Numbered from the stretch's first letter, positions 9,207 to 18,389 are shown. The stretch is DNA of 24,000 nt from Rodentibacter ratti (GCF_002000485.1 NZ_MLAJ01000005.1:51806-75805); one strand, 5' to 3'. Numbers and translations are program-made. The notes: generated from the letters alone by a model not told the origin.

Positions 9207-10578
9207 ACTTTTTCCTTGGCAAGCCTTTGCCAATGATCCTCAATATTGTGAGAAAATCGCCTTGCGTTCATCGCAAGGTGATGTTTTTACTTGGGGGGAG
9301 ATCGGGCAAAAAATTAATCAAACCGCTGTGTTTTTACAAAATAGAGGTATCACATCGGAAAGTGCGGTCGCTTTTTGCGGCAAAAATTCTGAATCGATCC
9401 TTTTTCTTTATCTTGCGACAATTCAGATTGGCGCCAAAATTCTAGGTTTAAATCCTGCATTTCCACAAGAAAAAATCCATAAATTATGCCATGAGTATGC
9501 CATTGATTTATGTTTGTTTGATAAAGATTTATTAAGCATTTCAAATGGATCTTTATCAGCCGTATTGCCTTATGAGGCGGATTTTTTTCGCCCGGCGACG
9601 ATGACGCTGACTTCCGGCTCAAGCGGCTTGCCTAAAGCGGTGGTACATCATATGCAGGCACATTTGGATAATGCCCGTGGTGTGTGTCAATTAATGAATT
9701 TTGATTCCTCACAATCATGGCTATTATCATTACCGTTGTACCATGTATCCGGACAGGGTATTGTGTGGCGTTGGCTGCTTTGCGGTGCAGAATTGCATTT
9801 TTCGCAAAGTGATTTTTATGAATCGTTGTTACAAACAACCCATGTATCATTAGTACCAACGCAGCTCCAACGATTGCTTGATTATCTTGCGCAGCATCCC
9901 CAAGCGAGTTTTAAAACGAAGCATATTTTATTGGGGGGAGCGCATATTCCGGTGGAATTAACCCAAGCTATTCAGCAATATGGCATTTCTTCTTATAGCG
10001 GATATGGCATGACGGAAATGGCATCAACGATCTTTGCGAAATTATCGGATAATTTGTCCGGCGTAGGGCAACCGCTGTTAGGTCGTGAATTTCAACTGGT
10101 GAATGAAGAAATTTGGTTGAAAGGTGCCGGGCTGGCATTAGGTTATTGGAAAAAGGGTGAAATTCTTTCTATCACCAATGAACAAGGTTGGTTGCCAACA
10201 AAAGATAAAGGCGTTTGGCAAAATAATGAATTAGTAGTGGTGGGGCGTTTAGATAATATGTTTATTTCCGGTGGAGAAAATATTCAGCCGGAAGAAATTG
10301 AAGGCGTAATCTTACAATCTAATTTGGTGAAACAAGTGTTTGTATTACCCAAGAAGGACTCAGAGTTTGGTTCAAGACCTATCGCAATACTTGAATTTTA
10401 TGAACACTTCACGGAAAGTGCGGTCGAAAAACTGCGTATTTTTTTACAAGGGCGTTTAGCGCGATTTAAACACCCGATCGCTTATTACCCGTTGCCTCAA
10501 GGAATACAAAAAGGGGCGATTAAAATTTCACGTAAAGCGTTAGCGCAGTGGCTGGCGTGTCAAGAACAAAATAAATAG
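9172..10578 (+). CDS. menE: o-Succinylbenzoate-CoA ligase (menaquinone biosynthesis, AMP-binding family)
   Basis: MTLTSGSSGLPKAVVH, LSLPLYHVSGQGIVWRWL, SLVPTQLQRLL, GYGMTEMAST, GRLDNMFISGGENIQPEEIE and IKISRKAL are colinear with E. coli MenE. The start is uncertain: ATG at 9172 overlaps seqA by 35 nt, while TTG at 9193 (MSVTKLFPW) fits the E. coli N-terminal length better. Confidence 0.88.
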   Translation: MMKCVPILSVTKLFPWQAFANDPQYCEKIALRSSQGDVFTWGEIGQKINQTAVFLQNRGITSESAVAFCGKNSESILFLYLATIQIGAKILGLNPAFPQEKIHKLCHEYAIDLCLFDKDLLSISNGSLSAVLPYEADFFRPATMTLTSGSSGLPKAVVHHMQAHLDNARGVCQLMNFDSSQSWLLSLPLYHVSGQGIVWRWLLCGAELHFSQSDFYESLLQTTHVSLVPTQLQRLLDYLAQHPQASFKTKHILLGGAHIPVELTQAIQQYGISSYSGYGMTEMASTIFAKLSDNLSGVGQPLLGREFQLVNEEIWLKGAGLALGYWKKGEILSITNEQGWLPTKDKGVWQNNELVVVGRLDNMFISGGENIQPEEIEGVILQSNLVKQVFVLPKKDSEFGSRPIAILEFYEHFTESAVEKLRIFLQGRLARFKHPIAYYPLPQGIQKGAIKISRKALAQWLACQEQNK

Positions 10579-10585
10579 GAAAATT

Positions 10586-13500
10586 ATGAAATTACCTCGT
10601 TTTTTAACTGCTCTTTCAATCGCTTGTATCATGGGCGTTACGCTTTTACAGCCTGTTATTGCGGTTGAGCAAACCTCATTACCAACAGAACAGAGTCTAA
10701 AAGCAGATTTGGCAGCAGCACAAAAAATTGACGATGCGGAAGCCAAAAAATCACGTGTTAGTGAATTGCAAACTTCACTTGATCTGTTACAACAAATACA
10801 AAGTCAGCAAAAAAATAATGATGATTTAGATAGTACGCTTAGCCGTGCGGATGCGGAGATCCAAAAAAATAATACGGATTTGCAAAATCTTAAGAAAAAC
10901 TTGAATCAAACCAACGTGGAGGATTACGCATCGGTTTCTTTGGAGAATTTGCAAGTTGAACTGGAAAAACTGAGTAATCAACAACAAGAAAGCCAAACGG
11001 CATTAAGTGTGGCAAATACTTTAATGGTGGGGCAAAGTGGTGTTTCAGAACGCGCCCAAACTGCACTAACGGATAACCTAAGACGCACGCAAACTTTAAA
11101 CCAGCAACTTTCTGAGCATACGATAAGTACGTCTTTGCAACAACAATATCAGTTGGAATTGCAACTGATTGAGCTAAAAAATGCTTATAATCAAACTTTG
11201 CTGAAAAATAGCGATCAACTTTCCTTACTTTACAAAAGTCGATATGACTTACTCAATGTTAAGCAACAAGTTCAGCAACAACAGATTTCAGCCATTCAGG
11301 AGGCGATTAATCAGAAAAATCTTGCTCAAAGCCAAAACAAAGTTGAGCAAGTGCAGCAACAGCAGCAAAGTGCGGTTAAAAATGATTACATTCAAAAGGA
11401 ATTGGATCGCAATGCACAACTCAGTAAGTTTTTGCTGGAACAAACGGAAAAAACAAATACGTTAACGCAAGATGAACTGAAAATGCGTAATGTGTTGGAT
11501 AATTTAACACAAACCCAACGTACGATTGATGAACAGATCAGTGCATTACAGGGTACACTTGTGCTTTCCCGTATTATTCAGCAGCAAAAACAAAAATTAC
11601 CGACAAATTTAAATATTCAGGGATTATCAAAACAAATTGCGGATTTACGTGTACAGATTTTTGATATCACACAACGTCGCAATGAGTTATATGATTTGGA
11701 TGCTTATATTCAAAAAGTGGAGTCGGATGAAAGCCAAACTTTTACGGTAGCGGAAAAAGCCCAATTAACCACCTTGCTCACTGAACGTCGCAAAATGGGT
11801 TCGGATCTAATTAAATCATTAAATAATCAGTTAAATTTAGCGATTTCTTTAGAATTAACGCAGCAACAAATTACCCAAATCAGTGATCAAATTCAGTCAA
11901 AGCTCGATCAACAAAGTTTCTGGGTAAAAAGTAATAATCCGATTAATTTGGATTGGCTGAAGGCTTTGCCAATGTCATTAGAGGGACAATTTGATGGCAT
12001 GATGAAACGCCTCGGTTTCCCTACCACCTATGATAATTTGCCCTCGTTGTTGACTTATGTATTTTTTCTTATTGTGATCGGTGGGGCAATTTTTAAATTC
12101 AAGCCGGCCATTAAGAATCGTTTGGCAATGATTAACGGGGAAATTAATACTTTACGTGCGGATACCCAATGGCATACACCGATGGCGTTGATTTTAACGG
12201 GATTACTGAATTTATCCGGTACGCTTTGGTTTCTTGCGATCTGCCAAATGATTGGTTTTTTCTTTTTCCGTAATCCGCAAGAGTTTTGGGATTGGTCGTT
12301 CCGTATGGCGGGGTATTGGTGGTTCTTCAATGTGTGGTTTGCGATTTACCGTCCGAATGGGATTTTTGTTCGCCATTTTGGGTTTGCTCAAGAAGATGCG
12401 GAAAAATTCCGTGGAGTGGTAAAACGCATTATTATTGCAGTTGTTCTATTATTGAATACATCGGTATTTAGTAATGTGATGGATAATGGTTTAGCCAATG
12501 ATGTATTGGGAGAGCTCAACACGATTATTGCCTTGATGTTCTGTACGGTGATTATTGCGCCACGTTTTAATCGCGCCCTTAGAGCTTATGAGGAAAATCA
12601 ATCGCAACGTAATAATGTGATTGTAAAAACCATTCAGATTCTATTACAGCTGGTTCCAATCGGATTAATTCTGCTGATAGTTCTTGGTTATTACTATACC
12701 GCACTGAATTTAATCCAACATATCATCAATTCTTATATCGCTTGGTGTATTTGGTTTATTCTACGCAATGTCATCTATCGTGGTATTACAGTGTCATCGC
12801 GTCGCTTAGCGCATCGCCGACTTATGGAAAAACGCCGTCAAAAATCGGAAGAATTTAATGATGGTGTGCCTTCAGATGATGTGGTTGTAATTACCGACCA
12901 AGAAGAAGGGTTAGCGTTAAATGAAGTAAGAAGTCAGTTGCTACGCTTTGCAGACTTGTTTATTTGGTCGGCACTATTTGCAATTTTCTATTTTATCTGG
13001 TCGGATCTTGTGACAGTGGCAAGTTACCTACGTGATATTACGTTATGGCAACAAATTTCTACGGTGAATGGGGTAAATGTCACTGAGAGTATTTCATTAT
13101 TTAATTTGCTTGTTGCTCTTATTATTGTAGGTATCACCTATGTTCTTGTAAGAAATATTTCAGGTATTTTGGAAGTTTTACTTTTCTCTCGTTTGAAATT
13201 ATCTCAGGGAACACCTTATACCATTACGACCTTATTGACCTATGTCATTGTGGCAGTAGGTGGTGCATGGGGATTTGCTACACTGGGGATGTCTTGGTCA
13301 AAATTACAATGGTTATTTGCCGCACTTTCAGTGGGATTGGGTTTCGGTATGCAAGAAATTTTTGCGAATTTTGTTTCCGGTATTATCTTGCTGTTTGAAC
13401 GTCCGATTCGTGTGGGCGATACGGTAACCATTAATGGAGTTAGCGGCACGGTCGCTAAAATTCGTATTCGTGCGATTACATTGATTGATTTTGATCGAAA

Positions 13501-13930
13501 AGAGGTTATTGTTCCTAATAAATCTTTTGTGACGGGGCAAGTGATTAACTGGGCGCTTTCTAGTACGATGACCCGTTTGGTTGTTACCGTTGGAGTGGCT
13601 TACGGTTCAGATTTGGAATTAGTGAAAAAATTACTCCTTCAGGCGGCAAATGAGCAACCGGCAGTGTTAAAAGATCCTGAGCCGCGAGCACTGTTCTTGG
13701 CTTTTGGAGCGAGTACATTAGATCACGAGCTACGTGTTTATGTCGGCCAGCTTTCTGAACGAACTAATACGGTAGATGCGCTTAATCGTCGTATTAATGA
13801 ACTATTTGCTGAAAATAATATTGATATTGCATTCAATCAACTTGATGTCTTTATTAAAAATAATGATACCGGTGAAGAAATTCCTTTCGTCGATGTCAAT
13901 GCAACAACATTATCTAAGAAAAAGTCGTAG
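10586..13930 (+). CDS. mscK: Potassium-dependent mechanosensitive channel MscK (KefA/AefA family)
   Basis: The 1114-aa length compares with about 1120 aa for E. coli MscK. It has a signal peptide, a long Q-rich coiled-coil periplasmic domain, multiple TM helices and a C-terminal MscS domain (FANFVSGIILLFERPIRVGDTVTI). Confidence 0.9.
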   Translation: MKLPRFLTALSIACIMGVTLLQPVIAVEQTSLPTEQSLKADLAAAQKIDDAEAKKSRVSELQTSLDLLQQIQSQQKNNDDLDSTLSRADAEIQKNNTDLQNLKKNLNQTNVEDYASVSLENLQVELEKLSNQQQESQTALSVANTLMVGQSGVSERAQTALTDNLRRTQTLNQQLSEHTISTSLQQQYQLELQLIELKNAYNQTLLKNSDQLSLLYKSRYDLLNVKQQVQQQQISAIQEAINQKNLAQSQNKVEQVQQQQQSAVKNDYIQKELDRNAQLSKFLLEQTEKTNTLTQDELKMRNVLDNLTQTQRTIDEQISALQGTLVLSRIIQQQKQKLPTNLNIQGLSKQIADLRVQIFDITQRRNELYDLDAYIQKVESDESQTFTVAEKAQLTTLLTERRKMGSDLIKSLNNQLNLAISLELTQQQITQISDQIQSKLDQQSFWVKSNNPINLDWLKALPMSLEGQFDGMMKRLGFPTTYDNLPSLLTYVFFLIVIGGAIFKFKPAIKNRLAMINGEINTLRADTQWHTPMALILTGLLNLSGTLWFLAICQMIGFFFFRNPQEFWDWSFRMAGYWWFFNVWFAIYRPNGIFVRHFGFAQEDAEKFRGVVKRIIIAVVLLLNTSVFSNVMDNGLANDVLGELNTIIALMFCTVIIAPRFNRALRAYEENQSQRNNVIVKTIQILLQLVPIGLILLIVLGYYYTALNLIQHIINSYIAWCIWFILRNVIYRGITVSSRRLAHRRLMEKRRQKSEEFNDGVPSDDVVVITDQEEGLALNEVRSQLLRFADLFIWSALFAIFYFIWSDLVTVASYLRDITLWQQISTVNGVNVTESISLFNLLVALIIVGITYVLVRNISGILEVLLFSRLKLSQGTPYTITTLLTYVIVAVGGAWGFATLGMSWSKLQWLFAALSVGLGFGMQEIFANFVSGIILLFERPIRVGDTVTINGVSGTVAKIRIRAITLIDFDRKEVIVPNKSFVTGQVINWALSSTMTRLVVTVGVAYGSDLELVKKLLLQAANEQPAVLKDPEPRALFLAFGASTLDHELRVYVGQLSERTNTVDALNRRINELFAENNIDIAFNQLDVFIKNNDTGEEIPFVDVNATTLSKKKS

Positions 13931-13949
13931 AAAAAATGAGAGGTAAAAT

Positions 13950-15023
13950 ATGGCAGGTAATACAATAGGACAACTTTTTCGCGTGACAACCTTTGGTGAA
14001 TCTCATGGTGTTGCGCTCGGTTGTATTGTAGATGGTGTTCCACCCAATATGGCATTATCCGAAGCGGATATTCAGCCTGATTTAGATCGCCGTAAACCCG
14101 GTACCTCTCGTTATACCACTGCTCGTCGGGAAGCTGATGAAGTGCAAATTTTATCTGGCGTATTTGAGGGAAAAACCACTGGCACGAGCATCGGTATGAT
14201 AATCAAAAATGCGGATCAACGTTCCCAAGATTATGGTGAAATTAAAGATCGTTTTCGTCCCGGACACGCCGATTTTACTTATCAACAAAAATACGGAATT
14301 CGTGATTATCGAGGTGGCGGACGTTCCTCTGCCCGTGAAACAGCTATGCGGGTGGCGGCTGGCGCCATTGCCAAAAAATACCTACGAGAGCAATTTGGCA
14401 TTGAAGTTCGTGGTTTTTTAAGTCAAATTGGCGAAGTGAAAATTGCACCACAAACGGTAGGAAAAATCGATTGGGAAAAAGTAGAGAGCAATCCTTTCTT
14501 TTGCCCGGATGAAAGTGCGGTTGAAAAATTTGACGAATTGATCCGAGAACTCAAAAAAGAAGGGGATTCCATAGGGGCAAAGCTCACTGTCATTGCTGAA
14601 AATGTCCCGGTAGGCTTAGGTGAACCGGTATTTGATCGTTTGGATGCGGATTTGGCTCATGCCTTGATGGGAATTAATGCCGTGAAAGGAGTGGAAATTG
14701 GCGATGGTTTTGCCGTGGTGGAACAACGTGGTAGCCAACATCGTGATGAAATGACCCCAAATGGGTTTGAAAGCAATCATGCAGGCGGCATTTTGGGTGG
14801 CATTAGTTCCGGTCAGCCGATTATTGCTACCATTGCATTGAAGCCAACGTCGAGTATTACTATTCCGGGGCGTTCGGTGAATCTTGCTGGTGAAGCCGTG
14901 GAAGTGGTGACGAAAGGCCGCCACGATCCTTGTGTCGGGATTCGTGCAGTTCCTATTGCAGAAGCGATGGTGGCTATTGTGTTGTTGGATCATTTATTAC
15001 GCTTTAAGGCGCAATGTAAGTAG
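13950..15023 (+). CDS. aroC: Chorismate synthase
   Basis: The 357-aa product carries [31 protein letters not shown] and KGRHDPCVG, which are canonical AroC signatures. Confidence 0.96.
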   Translation: MAGNTIGQLFRVTTFGESHGVALGCIVDGVPPNMALSEADIQPDLDRRKPGTSRYTTARREADEVQILSGVFEGKTTGTSIGMIIKNADQRSQDYGEIKDRFRPGHADFTYQQKYGIRDYRGGGRSSARETAMRVAAGAIAKKYLREQFGIEVRGFLSQIGEVKIAPQTVGKIDWEKVESNPFFCPDESAVEKFDELIRELKKEGDSIGAKLTVIAENVPVGLGEPVFDRLDADLAHALMGINAVKGVEIGDGFAVVEQRGSQHRDEMTPNGFESNHAGGILGGISSGQPIIATIALKPTSSITIPGRSVNLAGEAVEVVTKGRHDPCVGIRAVPIAEAMVAIVLLDHLLRFKAQCK

Positions 15024-15036
15024 TAGGTTGTGTTAA

Positions 15037-15897
15037 ATGAATAAAATGGCATTAAAAACGGCGGTTATTTTGACCGCACTTTTCTCTTTAAGTACGCAAG
15101 CTTCCCCACAAGACTGGCAGCAAATTAAGCGTCCTATTCCAAGTGAAGATGGGGTAGCAAAGCCAATCGGCAGTTATTCTAATGGTTGTATTATCGGTGC
15201 TGAAGCGTTACCGGCTAAAGGTGAGGGTTATCAAGTGATCCGTATGAATCGTAACCGATATTATGGACACCCGGAAATGATTAAGTATCTTAAACGTTTG
15301 GGAGAAAAAGCCAAAGCAGCGGGATTACCAACAATGCTTGTGGGCGATATTGCTATGCCGGGCGGAGGGCGTTTCCTGACCGGACATGCCAGCCACCAAA
15401 TGGGATTAGATGCAGATATCTGGTTACGCATGGGGGCAATGTCTGATGCGGACGCATTAAATTCCGATGGAAAAGGCTTATTGGTGGTTGATAGAAAAGC
15501 ACAGCGTGTTGATGATCGGATATGGAACAGTAATCACAGCACATTGATTAAACTTGCCGCTCAGGATCATGGGGTGACCCGTATTTTCGTGAATCCGGCA
15601 ATTAAACTAAAACTATGTCAGACAGCTGGTAATGATCGGGGCTGGCTACACAAAATTCGCCCTTGGTTTGGCCATGATTCACATTTTCACGTTCGTTTAA
15701 AATGTCCTGCTGATGCGGCTCATTGTGAAGATCAAGCACCGGTTCCGGCTGGTGATGGATGTGGTGATGAACTTTATTCTTGGTTTGAACCGGCAAAACC
15801 AAGTACGGGCTCAAATAAGCCAAAAGTTGTCCCACCTGAACCGTTTTTATGCCAACAAATATTGACTTCGCCAAATCGAAGTGAATGGTTAGAATAA
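15037..15897 (+). CDS. mepA: Penicillin-insensitive murein DD-endopeptidase MepA
   Basis: The 286-aa product has a signal peptide and is colinear with E. coli MepA (GSYSNGCIIGA, GHASHQMGLDADIW, TRIFVNPAIK, HFHVRLKCPAD). The aroC-mepA-yfcA order is the same as in E. coli. Confidence 0.92.
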   Translation: MNKMALKTAVILTALFSLSTQASPQDWQQIKRPIPSEDGVAKPIGSYSNGCIIGAEALPAKGEGYQVIRMNRNRYYGHPEMIKYLKRLGEKAKAAGLPTMLVGDIAMPGGGRFLTGHASHQMGLDADIWLRMGAMSDADALNSDGKGLLVVDRKAQRVDDRIWNSNHSTLIKLAAQDHGVTRIFVNPAIKLKLCQTAGNDRGWLHKIRPWFGHDSHFHVRLKCPADAAHCEDQAPVPAGDGCGDELYSWFEPAKPSTGSNKPKVVPPEPFLCQQILTSPNRSEWLE

Positions 15898-15926
15898 TTT
15901 TATAGGCAAATCATAGAGTGCATGGT

Positions 15927-16694
15927 ATGGAATTGGGCGTTGATATTTTAGCAATATTATTTGTTGTGGCATTTGTTGCCGCATTTATTGATGCGATTGC
16001 AGGCGGAGGCGGCTTGATTACCATTCCAGCCTTGCTTATGACGGGGATTCCACCGGCTGTGGCATTGGGGACAAATAAATTACAAGCGATGGGTGGCGCA
16101 TTTTCTGCCAGTCTCTATTTTTTACGTAAAAGAGCGGTCAATTTACGGGAAGTTTGGTTTATTTTACTTTGTGTTTTTCTCGGTTCGGCCTTAGGCACAA
16201 TCTTAATTCAACTGATTGATTCATCTGTGTTTAAGAAAATTTTGCCATTCTTAATTTTAACCATTGGACTCTATTTTCTCTTTACCCCTAAATTGGGCGA
16301 TGAAGATCGTAAACAACGTTTAACTTATGTGGTTTTTGGTTTTGCCATTAGCCCATTTTTAGGTTTCTATGACGGCTTTTTCGGGCCGGGAACGGGTTCT
16401 ATTATGAGCTTGGCTTGTGTTACATTGTTAGGCTTCAATCTTGCCAAAGCGACAGCCCATGCGAAAGTGATGAATTTTACCTCAAACTTTGCCTCCTTCT
16501 TGCTTTTCTTAGCCGGGGGACAAATTTTGTGGACTGCAGGCATCGTGATGATGATCGGAAGTATTCTTGGGGCAAATTGGGGGGCCAAAATGGTAATGAC
16601 GAAAGGTAAAACCTTAATTCGCCCTATGGTCGTGGTGATGTCGTTTTTAATGACCGCAAAAATGGCATACGATCAAGGTTGGTTTAGTATTTAA
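15927..16694 (+). CDS. yfcA: TauE/SafE-family inner-membrane protein YfcA
   Basis: The product is highly similar to E. coli YfcA (FIDAIAGGGGLITIPALLMTG.PPA.ALGTNKLQAMGGA, GFYDGFFGPGTGS). I placed the start at ATG 15927. GTG at 15918, used by the track, is an alternative. Confidence 0.88.
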   Translation: MELGVDILAILFVVAFVAAFIDAIAGGGGLITIPALLMTGIPPAVALGTNKLQAMGGAFSASLYFLRKRAVNLREVWFILLCVFLGSALGTILIQLIDSSVFKKILPFLILTIGLYFLFTPKLGDEDRKQRLTYVVFGFAISPFLGFYDGFFGPGTGSIMSLACVTLLGFNLAKATAHAKVMNFTSNFASFLLFLAGGQILWTAGIVMMIGSILGANWGAKMVMTKGKTLIRPMVVVMSFLMTAKMAYDQGWFSI

Positions 16695-16724
16695 AGTGCG
16701 GTTAATTCCGTGGCTGTTTTTAGT

Positions 16725-17681
16725 ATGACAGATTCTCAACAAAATATTCGTTTAACGGCACGAGTGGGCTATGAACCACATTTTTCGTGGTCTTATTTAA
16801 AACCAAAATACTGGGGTATTTGGCTTGGTATTTTCTTTTTGCTTTTATTGGCATTTGTGCCTTTTCGGCTGCGTGATAAATTTGCGGCAAAGTTGGGCGT
16901 ATGGATTGGGCATAAGGCAAAAAAACAACGTAAACGCGCCCAAATTAATTTGAGCCATTGTTTTCCAAAGTGGACAACGCAGCAACGAGAGCAAGTGATT
17001 GATGAAATGTTTGCCGTGGTCGCTCAAGTGATGTTGGGTATTGGTGAAATTGCCATTCGTTCTAAAAAACATCTCCAAAAACGCAGTGAATTTATCGGTA
17101 TTGAGCATATTCAAAAAGCCAAAGCCGAGGGATATAACATTATTTTAATGGTACCCCATGGTTGGGCAATTGATGCTTCCGGTATTATTTTACATACCCA
17201 CGGGATGCCAATGACTTCTATGTATAACCCTCATCGCAATCCTTTGGTAGATTGGCTATGGACAATCGTCCGTCAGCGTTTCGGCGGAAAAATGCATGCC
17301 CGTCAAAATGGCATTAAGCCTTTTTTGACCAGTGTTCGTCAGGGGGAAATGGGATATTACTTACCCGATGAAGATTTTGGTGCAGAACAAAGTGTATTTG
17401 TTGATTTTTTTGCGACTTATAAAGCGACATTACCGGGACTAAATAAAATGGCAAAACTGGCTAGAGCTGTTGTGATCCCAATGTTTCCTCGTTATAACGC
17501 CGAAAGTGGAAAATATGAAATGGAAATTCATCCGCCTATGATGCTGAGTGATGAACCTGAAAAGTCAGCCCGAGCGATGAATGAAGAAATCGAATCTTTT
17601 GTCACGCCAACCCCAGAACAATATGTTTGGATTTTACAATTATTAAGAACGCGTAAAGATGGCGAAGATCTTTATTATTGA
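16725..17681 (+). CDS. lpxM: Lipid A biosynthesis late (myristoyl) acyltransferase LpxM/MsbB
   Basis: PHGWAIDASG, RQRFGGKMHARQNGIKPF, GYYLPDEDFG and VDFFATYKATLPGL match E. coli LpxM rather than LpxL. I prefer ATG at 16725 (MTDSQQN) over the tracked GTG at 16710. Confidence 0.88.
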   Translation: MTDSQQNIRLTARVGYEPHFSWSYLKPKYWGIWLGIFFLLLLAFVPFRLRDKFAAKLGVWIGHKAKKQRKRAQINLSHCFPKWTTQQREQVIDEMFAVVAQVMLGIGEIAIRSKKHLQKRSEFIGIEHIQKAKAEGYNIILMVPHGWAIDASGIILHTHGMPMTSMYNPHRNPLVDWLWTIVRQRFGGKMHARQNGIKPFLTSVRQGEMGYYLPDEDFGAEQSVFVDFFATYKATLPGLNKMAKLARAVVIPMFPRYNAESGKYEMEIHPPMMLSDEPEKSARAMNEEIESFVTPTPEQYVWILQLLRTRKDGEDLYY

Positions 17682-17695
17682 AGGGTATCAAGGTG

Positions 17696-17854
17696 CTGTG
17701 TAGCAAATGCACAAACGGATATTTTACAGAATGTAGGGACATACTGCGTGTATCCGAATTTTAACTTATTGAAATAAATTGATTTTTATCACGGACACAC
17801 GCAGTGTGTCCCTACCGGCAAACAAAAAAACAACGTTGTGCAACTGCGACATAA
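17696..17854. repeat. Nested palindromic intergenic element (IDS/MITE-like). It probably also serves as the lpxM terminator structure.
   Basis: The inner dyad is gtagggacatactgcgtgtatccg (17733-17756) against cggacacacgcagtgtgtccctac (17792-17815). It is 22/24 complementary around a 35-nt AT-rich loop. The outer arms are tagcaaatgcacaaac (17701-17716) and gttgtgcaactgcgac (17835-17850), about 12/15 complementary with one indel. The GTAGGG...CCCTAC ends recall the H. influenzae intergenic dyad sequences. Confidence 0.6.
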
Positions 17855-17879
17855 TATTGGGTAACTTAAAAAGTGCGGT
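17836..17879 (+). repeat. Direct repeat DR-a, left copy (28-bp core plus USS)
   Basis: ttgtgcaactgcgacataatattgggtaacttaaaaagtgcggt matches 20474-20517 at 37/44 positions with identical spacing. It ends in a perfect USS (17871-17879). Confidence 0.8.
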
Positions 17880-17915
17880 AGGTTTTTCACGAGATTTTGC
17901 GATTGCAAAAATGTT
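17871..17915 (+). repeat. Direct repeat DR-b, left copy (USS plus downstream hairpin-forming segment)
   Basis: aagtgcggtaggtttttcacgagattttgcgattgcaaaaatgtt matches 19805-19849 at about 34/45 positions with one indel. Part of this similarity is expected from the extended USS consensus. Confidence 0.5.
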
Positions 17916-17951
17916 GGAAAATCCCACCGCTTATTTTTCTCAAAAATAGAT

Positions 17952-17994
17952 ATTTCAACAATACTTGAAATCTTCCCTTTAATAGGGTTATTAT
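17952..17994 (+). promoter_or_regulatory. Putative arsR promoter with overlapping dyad operator (O1)
   Basis: The perfect dyad ATTTCAA-N6-TTGAAAT spans 17952-17971. Its right arm supplies a -35 TTGAAA (17965-17970). An 18-nt spacer leads to the -10 TATTAT (17989-17994). The RBS tgaggga (18011-18017) precedes the ATG at 18024. Confidence 0.5.
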
Positions 17995-18023
17995 CATTGT
18001 GTTCTATTATTGAGGGATTTTTT

Positions 18024-18338
18024 ATGAATACCGAACAAGCCAGTTTTTTATTTGAAAGCCTTTCTTCGCCCATTCGTTTAGGGATTTTCCAAACTTTATC
18101 CGCAATGGGAACGGAAGGAATGACAGCTGGCGATTTGGCGAAACAACTTAACCTTGCCCCAAATCATCTCTCTTTTCATTTAAAAAACTTAAGTCAGGCG
18201 GAGCTAGTTTATAGCACTCAAGAAGGAAGATTTATCCGCTATTATGCCAATTTAACCTTAATGCTACATTTAACCGCATTTTTGACACAAAATTGTTGTA
18301 AAAATAGCCGTGAGCATTGTTCCATTGACTGTTGTTAA
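18024..18338 (+). CDS. arsR: ArsR/SmtB-family arsenic-responsive repressor, with a C-terminal cysteine-cluster type sensor
   Basis: The 104-aa product from ATG 18024 (MNTEQASFLFESLSSPIRLGIFQTL...) has a winged-HTH ArsR core (LAPNHLSFHLKNLSQAELV). It lacks the ELCVCDL-type metal site and ends in a Cys-rich tail, QNCCKNSREHCSIDCC. It heads an arsC-acr3 operon. The tracked GTG at 17997 is unlikely because it precedes the RBS. Confidence 0.85.
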   Translation: MNTEQASFLFESLSSPIRLGIFQTLSAMGTEGMTAGDLAKQLNLAPNHLSFHLKNLSQAELVYSTQEGRFIRYYANLTLMLHLTAFLTQNCCKNSREHCSIDCC

Positions 18339-18354
18339 AAAATTTTCGCCTGTT

Positions 18355-18374
18355 ATTTCAATAACTCTTGAATT
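18355..18374 (+). promoter_or_regulatory. Second ArsR-operator-like dyad (O2) between arsR and arsC
   Basis: tatttcaataactcttgaatta matches O1 (tatttcaacaatacttgaaatc) at 17/22 positions with the same half-site spacing. It lies 16 nt upstream of the arsC ATG, next to the RBS aaggaaaaa. Confidence 0.4.
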
Positions 18375-18389
18375 ATATAAGGAAAAAGA

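Noticed and set aside
11268-11365. A CAA/CAG-rich repetitive stretch was considered as a possible nucleotide repeat.
   Set aside because: It encodes the poly-Gln and coiled-coil segments (QQVQQQQISAIQ, VQQQQQSAV) of the MscK periplasmic domain. It is in frame and not a tandem DNA repeat.
17836-17866. The DR-a core (…gcgaCATAAtattgggtaac…) was considered as a dif-like XerCD site, which would make the islet an IMEX.
   Set aside because: Only the CATAA of the left arm resembles the dif consensus as I recall it (GGTGCGCATAA-TGTATA-TTATGTTAAAT). The right arm matches poorly in copy 1 and at about 7/11 in copy 2, and only with a 7-nt centre. That is not enough to call.
17871-17915. DR-b was considered as strong evidence of a target-site duplication.
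   Set aside because: I downgraded it but did not discard it. The first roughly 29 nt follow the extended USS consensus (AAGTGCGGT-n-RWWWWW-n6-RWWWWW) shared by other USSs in this window. Only the distal roughly 16 nt (gcgatt-gcaaaaat versus gcaatccgcaaacat) is independent similarity.
17789-18073. A 94-aa minus-strand ORF covers the arsR promoter and part of the palindromic element.
   Set aside because: It runs through repeats, a USS and the arsR operator and start. It has no RBS or homology and is almost certainly non-coding.
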